64,000 nucleotides of DNA from Candidatus Sungiibacteriota bacterium (GTDB taxonomy: Bacteria > Patescibacteriota > Minisyncoccia > Sungbacterales > HO2-52-23): assembly GCA_016432465.1 (NCBI GenBank), contig CP066690.1:186702-250701 (forward strand). The letters are read 5' to 3'. The notes beneath the pieces are model-generated. The model saw nothing but the letters and a program-made list of their open reading frames with translations, was not told where the DNA came from and searched no databases. The first letter of the stretch is position 1. The number at the start of each line of letters is the position of its first letter. A program made the position numbers and the translations under genes. This document shows, in pieces, positions 39,171 to 48,018 of the stretch.

Positions 39171-39348
39171 CCCCCCACCTTCCCAGCGGGGTATTGGACC
39201 CCGCGGGAAGGATTTCTACGGCACCCATTCATCCCCGCAGTCCAGCCTTCGTCCCGCTTCTAGCGGGACTACGGTCGCACGCCGCTATAGCTTTGGCGAC
39301 GGCGCGCGGAGTAGGCCAAGCTGCGGGGTATTCTGGGAAGGTGGGGGG
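39171..39348. repeat. Composite copy of the GC-rich hairpin family: the CCCCCCACCTTCCCAGCGGGGTATT hairpin interrupted by ~110 bp carrying the sub-hairpin GTCCCGCttctaGCGGGAC
   Basis: Half-sites at 39171-39211 and 39321-39348. Confidence 0.5.
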
Positions 39349-39602
39349 ATAAAAGATACTACACCACGTTTCGCTGTGTTATAATAAGAAGAGACGATGC
39401 AAAAATTGCACGCCTATAAGGTTTTTATCACTGGGGCACCTGAAAAACCTGGATCATAAAAAAGCTGTCAAGCACTTTGACAACCCCCACTTACTCACAA
39501 GTGGGGGTTGGTTGTTTACAAGGTGTGGGTAACTGCTGGAAATAGTATGGATAAGATCGGGACACCGCGCTGTACTTTGGCTGGTTTGGAGGCGGCCAAG
39601 GT

Positions 39603-40085
39603 ATGGCTTGGTGGGCACACTTACTATTTTTAGAAGATACTACTGACAGTAACGAACTTCCTCAAAAACGGGAACCGCTTCTCGCTACTTTATATCGTGT
39701 CACAAAAGACTATGTACGCGAAAATATTATTGGCATTCTTTCGTCCCTACTCACTCTCGTTACTTATCTTTATCTTGGCACAACAGCCGCAGTTTTCTTC
39801 CTAGAAAAAAATGTGCCGGATGTTCTGCCGCATATCATTGAAGCTCTCTCCGAGCCCTATCTTGGAATACTTGGTATTTATATAGTAGTAAAAGAAATTG
39901 AGCGACGCCGCGGAAATACAGCGCCCAAACGCTGGCGAGACGCATTTGCTTTTCTTTGGCTAATTCTTCTGGTGGTCACAACCGTATTTACGATCGCCGA
40001 ACATCAATTTACTCCTCTTTATAAAACTGTGGTTACCAATGCTCTGGCCGCACTCATAATTCGCATCGGCACAATGCTGCGATAA
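39603..40085 (+). CDS. Hypothetical membrane protein (4 TM segments)
   Basis: Hydrophobic segments; no motif recognised. Confidence 0.45.
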   Translation: MAWWAHLLFLEDTTDSNELPQKREPLLATLYRVTKDYVRENIIGILSSLLTLVTYLYLGTTAAVFFLEKNVPDVLPHIIEALSEPYLGILGIYIVVKEIERRRGNTAPKRWRDAFAFLWLILLVVTTVFTIAEHQFTPLYKTVVTNALAALIIRIGTMLR

Positions 40086-40118
40086 GATTGACGTTGGTAA
40101 ACCCCCACACTCATAAAT

Positions 40119-40159
40119 CCCCCCACCTTCCCAGCGGGGTATTCTGGGAAGGTGGGGGG
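40119..40159. repeat. Canonical GC-rich hairpin CCCCCCACCTTCCCAG cggggtatt CTGGGAAGGTGGGGGG (perfect 16-bp stem), 9 nt 3' of tRNA-Gln
   Basis: Perfect palindrome; family recurs at 626-777, 22424-22461 and 39171-39348. Confidence 0.7.
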
Positions 40160-40167
40160 ATAAATTT

Positions 40168-40238
40168 CTCGGGGACAGGGAATCGAACCCCAATTTCGAG
40201 GTTCAGAGCCTCGCGTCCTACCTTTAGACGACCCCCGA
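40168..40238 (-). tRNA. tRNA-Gln (anticodon CTG)
   Basis: Hand-folded cloverleaf: acceptor UCGGGGG/UCCCCGA with the U1-A72 pair typical of bacterial tRNA-Gln; anticodon stem CGAGG/CCTCG, loop CTCTGAA; T-loop TTCGATT. Confidence 0.7.
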
Positions 40239-40248
40239 ACGTTTGAGT

Positions 40249-40310
40249 GTGGGGGCGGGCCAAGATAACATGCTTCAGAGGCATGTGGCCTACCATTAGC
40301 CGACCCCGCA
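40249..40310 (-). pseudogene. tRNA-Gln-like fragment (acceptor 5' strand, D-arm and CTG anticodon arm intact; T-arm and 3' acceptor missing)
   Basis: TGCGGGGTCGGCTAATGGTAGGCCACATGCCTCTGAAGCATG folds like the 5' two-thirds of a tRNA-Gln; no TTCGA T-loop follows. Confidence 0.35.
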
Positions 40311-40385
40311 GTGTTGGAAAGAAATTTTTTAAAACGCCTATCAAGGCGTTTTAAATTATAACGCAAAATGTGTAAATCTCAAAAT

Positions 40386-41294
40386 TTAGATCTGAAGGTA
40401 GCGCCGTATTGCAATGAAACTTGAGGTGACACCCAATAGAATTCCCGCAAAAAGCATAATCAGGAAAAACTCAAAAAAGTTGGAAAGAAAATACTGAAAG
40501 AGGTCAAAACTAGGAACAAGCAGAGAAATCTTGGGCGATGCCAACCATATCAAAGGGAAAAAAACAAGCGTGGTGGCGGCAGCGGCGACTACGCCGTATA
40601 AAACTCCACCCACCAAAAACGGCCCTCGGATAAACCATTGGGTTGCGCCAACCAAGCGCATAATGCCGATCTCTTCACGCATGGTGTAAATCGCAAGACG
40701 AACGGTATTGAAAGCAACGAGCACCGCCACAAAAGCAAGAAAAATCGCAAGCATAGCCCCTCCTCCCCGCACGGTCCCCAAAATTGCGCCGAGCCTCTCA
40801 ATCACTTTTTGGTTTTCAAAATAATTCACCTTGTCTACGGTGGGATAATTTTTTTTCAGGAGAAAATCGCTCACCAATACGTAGTTGGAGGGGTCGCGGG
40901 CTTTTATGTTCAAGCTCGCCTGCAAAGGATTGTCGCCAAGCTCATCCAATGCTCCGGCAATAAGGGCGTTATTTTTGTGTCTTTCACGAAATTCCTCAAG
41001 GGCCCTGTCACGCGACACATAGGATACTTCGGAGACATCGGACAACGACTCAATATCGCGCTTTACTGCCAGAATATTTTGTTCCGGAGCATCGGTCGTA
41101 AAATAAACGCTGATGTCTATCTTGGACTCAAGCGACGACAACACGGTATTGGCAAGGGCACCCACAAAAATCAGATTGCCCAAGACAAACAAAACAAGCG
41201 ACAACACCAAAACTGTTGCCGTAGAAAGCCAACCGTTGCGTCGGAAACTCAAGTACCCGGATCTAAAAATGCGCCGCAGTGTCACTTTAAACAT
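40386..41294 (-). CDS. ftsX: Cell-division ABC transporter permease FtsX
   Basis: 4-TM FtsX topology with a large periplasmic loop, downstream of ftsE. Confidence 0.85.
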   Translation of the reverse strand: MFKVTLRRIFRSGYLSFRRNGWLSTATVLVLSLVLFVLGNLIFVGALANTVLSSLESKIDISVYFTTDAPEQNILAVKRDIESLSDVSEVSYVSRDRALEEFRERHKNNALIAGALDELGDNPLQASLNIKARDPSNYVLVSDFLLKKNYPTVDKVNYFENQKVIERLGAILGTVRGGGAMLAIFLAFVAVLVAFNTVRLAIYTMREEIGIMRLVGATQWFIRGPFLVGGVLYGVVAAAATTLVFFPLIWLASPKISLLVPSFDLFQYFLSNFFEFFLIMLFAGILLGVTSSFIAIRRYLQI

Positions 41295-41297
41295 AAT

Positions 41298-41978
41298 TTA
41301 TACCAGATATTTACCCTTTTCCTGATCGCTAATAACTTCCCCCTTATCTAATACTATCACTCTTTTATCAATGGCGTTAATTATTTCTTTATCGTGCGAG
41401 GCCAAAATTACCGTAGTGCCAAGGTCGTTGATTTTTTGTAAAAGTTTTATGATCTCCCAAGTATTTATGGGATCAAGGTTGCCGGTGGGCTCGTCTGCCA
41501 GTAAAACTTCGGGCCGGTTAATAAGCGCGCGGGCAATGGCCACCCGCTGTTTCTCACCGCCCGAAAGCTGATAGGGGAAATTATTCATTTTATCTTTTAA
41601 GCCTACAAGTTCCAGCACCTGCGGCACGTCTTCATCAATTTCCTCGTCATGCTTGGCCGCTGCCTCCATGGCAAAAGCCACGTTCTCGTGGGCAGTCTTG
41701 GATGTCAGAAGTTTATAATCCTGAAACACGGTGCCGATGCGCCGACGCACGTGATGCAGATCTTCTCTGGGCACCGAAGTAACTTCAAGGCCGTCCAGAA
41801 AAATTTTCCCCTCGGTCGGCTCTTCTTCGCGTATCAAAAGCTTAAGAAGCGTGGTCTTTCCGGCGCCGGAGGATCCGACAATAGAAATAAATTCTTTGGG
41901 CTGAATCCGAAGAGTTACGTTTTTCAACGCAACGGAGTTGTGATTATAGATTTTGGAGATGTTGTCAAAAAAAATCAA
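41298..41978 (-). CDS. ftsE: Cell-division ATP-binding protein FtsE
   Basis: Walker [13 protein letters not shown] signature LSGGEKQR, Walker [13 protein letters not shown]. Confidence 0.9.
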   Translation of the reverse strand: MIFFDNISKIYNHNSVALKNVTLRIQPKEFISIVGSSGAGKTTLLKLLIREEEPTEGKIFLDGLEVTSVPREDLHHVRRRIGTVFQDYKLLTSKTAHENVAFAMEAAAKHDEEIDEDVPQVLELVGLKDKMNNFPYQLSGGEKQRVAIARALINRPEVLLADEPTGNLDPINTWEIIKLLQKINDLGTTVILASHDKEIINAIDKRVIVLDKGEVISDQEKGKYLV

Positions 41979-41985
41979 TATTAAC

Positions 41986-42052
41986 AGCTTTTAGCTGCTA
42001 GCTTTTAGCTGCTAGGAATTCCCTATAAGCTATAAGCTATAAGCTATAAGCT
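41986..42052. repeat. Tandem repeats: 2x AGCTTTTAGCTGCT followed by 4x ATAAGCT; the heptamer tract overlaps the prfB stop codon
   Basis: Direct repeats read in sequence. Confidence 0.8.
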
Positions 42053-43130
42053 ACTCACTTCTGCTTCAATAAATTCACCCAACCCACCGTCCAATACCGC
42101 ATCAATGTTTGAAGTCTCAACCCCTGTCCTGTGGTCCTTCACCATCTGATACGGATGCATAACATAAGAACGGATCTGGCTACCCCATTCCACTGCTACC
42201 TTTTCCTGACGAATTCCTTGCCGTTCTTTTTCCTGACGCTGCAGCTCAAATTGATACAGCCGCGAACGCAAAAGCCCAAGCGCCAGCTCCCGGTTTCGTT
42301 CCTGCGTTCGCTCAACTTGCGAAGCAACTTGTATTCCGGTTGGCAAATGCGTGACCCGCACCGCAGTCTCTCTTTTATTTACATTCTGCCCGCCCGGTCC
42401 GGAGGAACGGAAAAAATCAATTTTCAAATCTTCCGGTTTAATTTCAACTTCTTCCGGGGCGACAAATTCCGGCATAACGTCAGCCAAGGCAAAAGAAGTG
42501 TGGCGGAGCGATTGCGCCGAAAAAGGCGAAATACGCACCAGCCGATGCACTCCGGACTCCTTTTTCAGATACCCGTAAGCGTGGGGAGCTACTATTAATA
42601 TAGTAGCATTTTTTATGCCCCAGCCCCCAGGCCCTTGATTCTCACCCCAATGCTCATGTATGGTCTTTGTTTTCCAGCCGCGTTTCTCACCAAAACGCCG
42701 GTACATCCGTAAAAGCAAAGCTGCCCAGTCTTCGGCGTCCTTACCTCCTGCTCCGGAATAAATTGACAGTACGGCATTGCCCTTATCATACTTCCCGGAA
42801 AAATAAAGCTCTGTTTCCGCTTCTTTTACTTTCTTATCAAGAGCTGCAACCTCTTCCGCTAATTTTGCCTCTCCTTCGCCAACTTCCAGGAGCTCTTTGA
42901 GCATAGCGGCTTCGGCTGCCATCTTTTCAATCCGTTCAGACTCGCGCTTTAATGCCGCCAATTCCTGACTTTGCTCTGCTGCCCGTTTTTTGTCTGCCCA
43001 GAAGTCTGGGCGCTGCATCTCCTGTTCAATTTTCAAAATTTCCTCTTGTTTTCCGGCAATGTCAAAGCCGGTCCGCCAATTGGCGGATCTTAACTTCCAG
43101 TTCGTTAACTTTTTCTTTCTGGTCTTCCAT
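42044..43130 (-). CDS. prfB: Peptide chain release factor 2 with a programmed +1 ribosomal frameshift
   Basis: Frame 0 MEDQKEKVNELEVKIRQLADRL then CTT TGA C at 43062-43067; the +1 frame continues DIAGKQEEILKIEQEM...SGPGGQNVNKRETAVRVTHLPTG (GGQ motif). Confidence 0.9.
43062..43067 (-). other. prfB autoregulatory +1 frameshift site CTT TGA C
   Basis: Identical to the canonical RF2 recoding heptamer; the in-frame TGA follows Leu22. Confidence 0.85.
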
Positions 43131-43179
43131 AACATACAGTATACCATAATCCCAAAATTTAAAAAGCGCGACCGACGGG

Positions 43180-43836
43180 TCACGCCTCTTTTGCTTGGGG
43201 TACAGTACTTGATTTACCCTCCTCCCAAAAACCAAAAATGATGCCTCCGATTTCAAGTTGATATACCATAACAAAGTGCGGGTCACCAGCAAAACGTTCC
43301 TCTGCTTTATACACGTCACTCACAAAGAAATGTATACGATCCTCACTTTGATCAGAAAAGTTTTTCTTAAGACTTGCTATAGTTCTAAGATCAATTAGCG
43401 GTATTTCTCTCGCATAAGGATTAAAACTACTATAAAAACCACCATACTGATAGGAGAAAGATTCCCCGCCAAACTTAAACCCATCAATCTTATCTCTGGG
43501 CCGTAATGCTTTCCAAACCCACTCACGATAAATAGACGCGTCTTCTGGTGAATCATCCGGAATCACTTTGTCGGGTACTTCTTTGCGCGGCCTAAGGTTA
43601 AGAAAACCAAAAACCTCTTGCGGATTATAAATGAGGATCTTTTGTGTCTTCAGAAAGAACAATATCGCTCTCCGCAAAACCGTAGGCAAGTGACACCCAA
43701 CAGCTTGTATAAGTTGGGTGTATTCCTCTAGCTCCTCCGGGCTCATTCCAATATCAGCATCGGTTACCTCACGCGGCTCCGGCTTTTTAATTGCCGGTCT
43801 TGGCAGCGATAGTTGCCTGCGCTTTTCCCAGAACAT
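43180..43836 (-). CDS. Hypothetical protein, paralogue A of a tandem pair
   Basis: Shares KKPEPREV / VIPDD / W.ALRP.D / FFVS / IIFG.W blocks with the next gene. Confidence 0.55.
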   Translation of the reverse strand: MFWEKRRQLSLPRPAIKKPEPREVTDADIGMSPEELEEYTQLIQAVGCHLPTVLRRAILFFLKTQKILIYNPQEVFGFLNLRPRKEVPDKVIPDDSPEDASIYREWVWKALRPRDKIDGFKFGGESFSYQYGGFYSSFNPYAREIPLIDLRTIASLKKNFSDQSEDRIHFFVSDVYKAEERFAGDPHFVMVYQLEIGGIIFGFWEEGKSSTVPQAKEA

Positions 43837-43861
43837 TGGTGCTCCTTTCCTGGTCTTGGTT

Positions 43862-44566
43862 TTAGGCTACTTCTTCCGACGGAATTTCAGCAAAATCCGG
43901 TCCGTTCCAGTGGCCGAAAATTATCGGCTGCATATTGTCACCACGGACTATAATAAACGCCGGGTCATCAATGGTTCTACGGCTGATATACAGGCTAACA
44001 AAGAAGTTTATTCTGATATCAAATTTTTTAGCAAGAAGCACTGCCGTCTCCAGCACCTTACGGGGGACAATATCAGAATAGTGTGGGGAGCCAGCACCAG
44101 AAAAGTAACCATGCGAATATGTTCTATTATGTGTGTGCTCATCTGGAAAAGAAAAGGTGCGTGCGTTTAGGTCTTTTGGGCGTAGCGCCATCCAACCCCA
44201 ACCTCTCCAAGAAACAGGTTGTTTCTTTTGGACTCCGTCGTCAGGAATAATTTTCCTTGGCTCGGGTTGAGAAACCAAAAAGTCACAGGCCTGAAGGTAT
44301 AAAAACACAGCTTCTTTTTCGTAGATTTTAATGCCCGAACTTTTAAGCAGTAGCAGCAATTCTGCCCTCAATGCCGCCGCGGGCTGAAAATCAATGCTGG
44401 CGCCAAGCCGGCAATACTCTAACCACGTTTTCTCGTCAAAATCACCGTAAAGTTCTGGTATTTCTTGGGGTTCTGGCCTTTTGACCATTATTAATTTTGA
44501 AGGTGCAGGAGTAATTCCATCTGCTTTTTTAACCGGGAGTTTGCTTCTTGATGTAAAAAGAGACAT
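43862..44566 (-). CDS. Hypothetical protein, paralogue B of the tandem pair
   Basis: KRPEPQEI, IIPDD, WMALRPKD, FFVS, IIFGHW. Confidence 0.55.
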   Translation of the reverse strand: MSLFTSRSKLPVKKADGITPAPSKLIMVKRPEPQEIPELYGDFDEKTWLEYCRLGASIDFQPAAALRAELLLLLKSSGIKIYEKEAVFLYLQACDFLVSQPEPRKIIPDDGVQKKQPVSWRGWGWMALRPKDLNARTFSFPDEHTHNRTYSHGYFSGAGSPHYSDIVPRKVLETAVLLAKKFDIRINFFVSLYISRRTIDDPAFIIVRGDNMQPIIFGHWNGPDFAEIPSEEVA

Positions 44567-44656
44567 CCTTTAATCCCCCATCAAGCTAGCATCTAGTATT
44601 GCATAACTATATAACTTTGTCAAGTGACAGCAAAAAAACGGCGTTGAACGCCGTCT

Positions 44657-45322
44657 TCAGCCATGAAACCGATCAACCCTGTTGGACAGACTGTAGAAAC
44701 TTAATAGCGGGGTTTGGTGAGCTGTAGCTTCCCCTGTACCCGCTTCATGCGGTTGTTCATCCAGAATTTCTTTGGTTTTGCTAAGCTTTGTAAACCGTCT
44801 TTGCAGGAACAAAAATTTTATTCTCTTGAAAAGCCCAAAGTCAAAAATTCCCCGAATTCCCATAATAATCTCTTCAAGGGTTATCGTAACAGTTCCGGCT
44901 AATAGGAAGGTGGCGACAGAACGAGCCACTGGTTCTACTGTATTATCCATAACTCCCCAATAAGAAGTTGCGGCCGAAATTATCAAAGTAAGAAAGCCGA
45001 CTGCGGCAATATTGCGTTTGACCGAGCGCACAACTATTTTTTCCAATTCCTTCCTTTCGTGATCAGGCAACCCGCACAGCTCAAGCGTATCATCAAACAT
45101 GTATCTTCTGACGTATCGCTCCAGAAGCCTATGGTACTCTAACGAGTCCCTAGTCAGTCTTTGTTTACGAAACTCCAAGGCTTCTTTTCTGGCTGTCTCT
45201 TGGGCCTCAACCCTCTGCTTTTGAGCAAGACGCTCAAGCTCATGATGCCGTTCTATGCGCCTTGTCTGAATACGTTCACGTGCATTTTGCATGATCACCG
45301 GATCCATTTTTTCACCTCGCAC
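44657..45322 (-). CDS. Hypothetical protein with a central TM segment
   Basis: Charged N-terminal coiled region; AAVGFLTLIISAATSYWGV TM. Confidence 0.45.
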   Translation of the reverse strand: MRGEKMDPVIMQNARERIQTRRIERHHELERLAQKQRVEAQETARKEALEFRKQRLTRDSLEYHRLLERYVRRYMFDDTLELCGLPDHERKELEKIVVRSVKRNIAAVGFLTLIISAATSYWGVMDNTVEPVARSVATFLLAGTVTITLEEIIMGIRGIFDFGLFKRIKFLFLQRRFTKLSKTKEILDEQPHEAGTGEATAHQTPLLSFYSLSNRVDRFHG

Positions 45323-46149
45323 TGGTTCTCTTCCAAAACGACAAGTAACTCCTTATGAAATAAGGTACGGGCAAACTCTTCCTCCTCGTCTGCGCCCTCA
45401 TTTCTTACCAAAGTTAGGTTGAAAATACCCCCATTCAGCGTCAGCACGACATCTGTAAAAGACACGGCAACCATATTTTTATTAATTTTTTCTGTTTTTC
45501 CGCTGCCCTCGTAGTGCGCCAAGTGACCAAGACGGTCACAATAAACTGCCGCAGCACCCCGAAAAAGTAAGGTTTGGTCGCTAGCTAGTCCGAGATTGTG
45601 ACGCACCAAAATAGAATTTGTGTCTTCCTTAAGTTCTTTTTCCCCCGCGTCATCCCTTCTAAACTTTCTAATTCTTCTGCAGTCACACCTAACTTTTTCC
45701 TCTCTCCAAAAACTCCAGTTACCAAAAGATTGTAAAAGGGCGCTAATCTTCCCCTGCTTTGTTCCACCCAGCCATGCGGCGTCCGCAAGCAAAGTTCCTT
45801 CTGAAGGAAACCCTGTTTTTTCGTTCCACACCACACTGCATATTTGTGGCGCGTCTTTCTGATGTTCCAGAACCTCGGCGTGAGCCGCAAGAGCAAGGAG
45901 AAACATTTTGTGCAAGACGGCCATCGCATAGAAGTCGGGGCCAGACTTTTTTATTTCAAATTTAGAGACCGTATCCAGCCGTTCTTGAATACGCGCCAGT
46001 GATTCCTCGGGCGTAAGGATGTTTGCCCATGGCTCTTTCTGTATAGAAGAAGCCTGTTCCTGCTGTCCAAAGACAAAATCTCCAGAAAGTTCGCCCAAGG
46101 GAACAGAAAGTAACCCACCACCGTCAACAGCTCCCATAAGTCTCCCCAA
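45295..46149 (-). CDS. Hypothetical protein
   Basis: Co-oriented ORF; no motif recognised. Confidence 0.45.
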   Translation of the reverse strand: MGRLMGAVDGGGLLSVPLGELSGDFVFGQQEQASSIQKEPWANILTPEESLARIQERLDTVSKFEIKKSGPDFYAMAVLHKMFLLALAAHAEVLEHQKDAPQICSVVWNEKTGFPSEGTLLADAAWLGGTKQGKISALLQSFGNWSFWREEKVRCDCRRIRKFRRDDAGEKELKEDTNSILVRHNLGLASDQTLLFRGAAAVYCDRLGHLAHYEGSGKTEKINKNMVAVSFTDVVLTLNGGIFNLTLVRNEGADEEEEFARTLFHKELLVVLEENQCEVKKWIR

Positions 46150-46283
46150 ACAAGTAGTAAAAAGCTGTATCTATTATAATCATGAAACGACCCATGAGTC
46201 AAGTCCTTCGTAATGGTTCAATAGCTTGTAACCACCCCGTATAAATTAAAAACAGGTTCCCCTATGGAAACCCGTTCTTCTTT

Positions 46284-46538
46284 CTATTTTTTATCTGCTG
46301 CCTTCTTGCGTCCGGAGCGTTCCTGTTTTTTTGCGTCAGCCCTACCCTTTTCAAACTGACCCACAATGGTTCCTGCACCGTAAACAGTCCTTTTGGTCAA
46401 TTCTCCTGCTGCTTCGGCGGCATTTCCCATCAGTCTTTTTCCGCGCTCCCAAAGATAACTTCCCACTACTCTAGTCTGCCCCTTCAGGAACTCAAGCTCT
46501 GGACTAAACTTCCGGTGGTCGTTTTTGTCTTTAGCCAC
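46284..46538 (-). CDS. Small hypothetical protein (84 aa)
   Basis: Co-oriented ORF; basic C-terminus. Confidence 0.4.
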   Translation of the reverse strand: MAKDKNDHRKFSPELEFLKGQTRVVGSYLWERGKRLMGNAAEAAGELTKRTVYGAGTIVGQFEKGRADAKKQERSGRKKAADKK

Positions 46539-46543
46539 GACTA

Positions 46544-46765
46544 CTACTCCCTATCCCTATTTTCTCTTCGTCTTGCTTTAGAAACAAGCCAAACTAACCC
46601 CAACACACCCGCAACTGGCACCGCTAATGCCGTTACAGTAGTAATCGCCATACTGCCAACCCCGAGTGAAAAACCAAGCACTTTCCATAAAGCCGCTCCT
46701 CCTGCTCCAGCAACTACTATCGGTCCTACCAAATTCCCCACACTGCGTGCACTACTCCTTGCCAT
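46544..46765 (-). CDS. Small glycine-zipper membrane protein (start probably at the internal Met MARSSARS)
   Basis: GPIVVAGAGGAALWKVLGFSLGVGSMAITTVTALAVPVAGVLGLVWLV. Confidence 0.45.
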   Translation of the reverse strand: MARSSARSVGNLVGPIVVAGAGGAALWKVLGFSLGVGSMAITTVTALAVPVAGVLGLVWLVSKARRRENRDRE

Positions 46766-47789
46766 CGGCCGCCTCCCCTTGCTGAACGGCACCTTCTGCC
46801 GTCTGTTCCCCACCAGCTTTTGCTGCGGGACCAACCGCCCTGCTTCTTACCCGCGCCTCAAGTTGCAGGCGCCCGGAAGACGCGGGCCCCAAGACGCGGG
46901 CACATTTTTCACGCAACTCTGTATCCGCCAACTCAAGACGTTCTACAAGTTCACGACCTGCTACAGGACGCTTATTTAAAACCTCCATCACGTCAACTGC
47001 GGCCATCAGGGATTGATGCGAACTCTCAACCGTCTTTATCAGCAACTCACCCGCAACAAAAACGCCTCTACCTGCCCCAAGCGCGGCCCTAGCAGCCTCG
47101 CGATGCGCGGTGATACTTGGCTTCAAGGTGGCAAACTCAACGTACATCGCTATCACCATATGTATGATGCCTAGAATCTCATTGCTTACCGAACTTAATT
47201 TCCGGCTTGCCTTCTCCAGAGCGGTTTTTCTTCTTTGCAGACTAGCAAGAATCATTTGAGCAAAGATGTCTTTTTCTTCTTGGTCCATGTTTTCGCCGCG
47301 AAGTCTAAGAAGTTCAACCACTTCCGGATCAATTGCCAAACCCATTTTATTTGATTCATCAAGACTGTACTTAAAAAGCTCTTCCTCGTCCCAACCACCT
47401 TCTGTGGCATCTTGAATGACTCCAGCAAGACGTTCCTTTTCTTCTGCATTATTCATTTCTACATACTTAATATCCAAGGCGCTCTCCTGAAGACTGTTGG
47501 CCCACTCTCTTATCACCTGCTCTGCCCCCACCAGCGGATCAAATCTGTTATCCATAAAACCAAACAACAATTTTTGAACCTTTTTGATGGGTATCAAAGC
47601 CACCACACCTTCCATCACGCCCCTTAAAAAGTCCTCGGCCGAAGACGGCTCTGATTCCATCATCTCTTCCAGACGCTCTGGCAACTTCTCTCTTTGTTCG
47701 TTAGCTGCTCTTACCTTCCTAATTATTGCTTCAATGCTGCGTCCGCCTTCTAAACGATCTCGTGTTTCAACAACTCCGCTGACTGCCAT
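46752..47789 (-). CDS. Coiled-coil hypothetical protein (345 aa) in a GC-richer segment
   Basis: Long helical/charged regions; a TelA-like assignment was considered but not supported. Confidence 0.5.
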   Translation of the reverse strand: MAVSGVVETRDRLEGGRSIEAIIRKVRAANEQREKLPERLEEMMESEPSSAEDFLRGVMEGVVALIPIKKVQKLLFGFMDNRFDPLVGAEQVIREWANSLQESALDIKYVEMNNAEEKERLAGVIQDATEGGWDEEELFKYSLDESNKMGLAIDPEVVELLRLRGENMDQEEKDIFAQMILASLQRRKTALEKASRKLSSVSNEILGIIHMVIAMYVEFATLKPSITAHREAARAALGAGRGVFVAGELLIKTVESSHQSLMAAVDVMEVLNKRPVAGRELVERLELADTELREKCARVLGPASSGRLQLEARVRSRAVGPAAKAGGEQTAEGAVQQGEAADGKE

Positions 47790-47979
47790 CTTTGCCTCCG
47801 TACGGCTTGAAGCCAGTGTAGACTATGCTGTTTAGAGTATACAACCTCTACAAATCTATGTCAAGTTTAGCGTGGGGGTTTATCAAAAATTCCGCCACGC
47901 CCTCGCTTGCCTGCCCGTCCGAATCCGTCAGCTGGCAGAGAAGGCTGGACGGCAAATCCTTTGAAAAGTTAAAAATGGA

Positions 47980-48005
47980 AACGGAGCACCATAGGGTGCT
48001 CCGTT
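47980..48005 (-). terminator. Intrinsic terminator AACGGAGCACC atag GGTGCTCCGTT downstream of the GC-rich secreted-protein gene
   Basis: 11-bp stem followed by TTCCATTTTTAACTTTT on the minus strand. Confidence 0.55.
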
Positions 48006-48018
48006 GGAACTGCTCCGT

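Noticed and set aside
39026-40366. ORFs 39026..39232, 39043..39228, 40019..40366, 40111..40344
   Set aside because: They translate the GC-rich hairpin repeats (shared YPAGKVGGFM peptide) and also overlap tRNA-Gln; they are repeat-derived and not coding.
42900-43183. The N-terminal 40 aa (MTRRSRFLNFGIMVY...) of the 379-aa prfB ORF-track entry
   Set aside because: This is the wrong reading frame upstream of the +1 frameshift site. The true N-terminus is MEDQKEKVNELEVKIRQLADRL in the other frame.
46752-47789. Assignment of the 345-aa coiled-coil protein to the TelA (toxic anion resistance) family
   Set aside because: A by-eye alignment against remembered TelA/YaaN sequences showed no convincing conserved blocks, so it is left as hypothetical.
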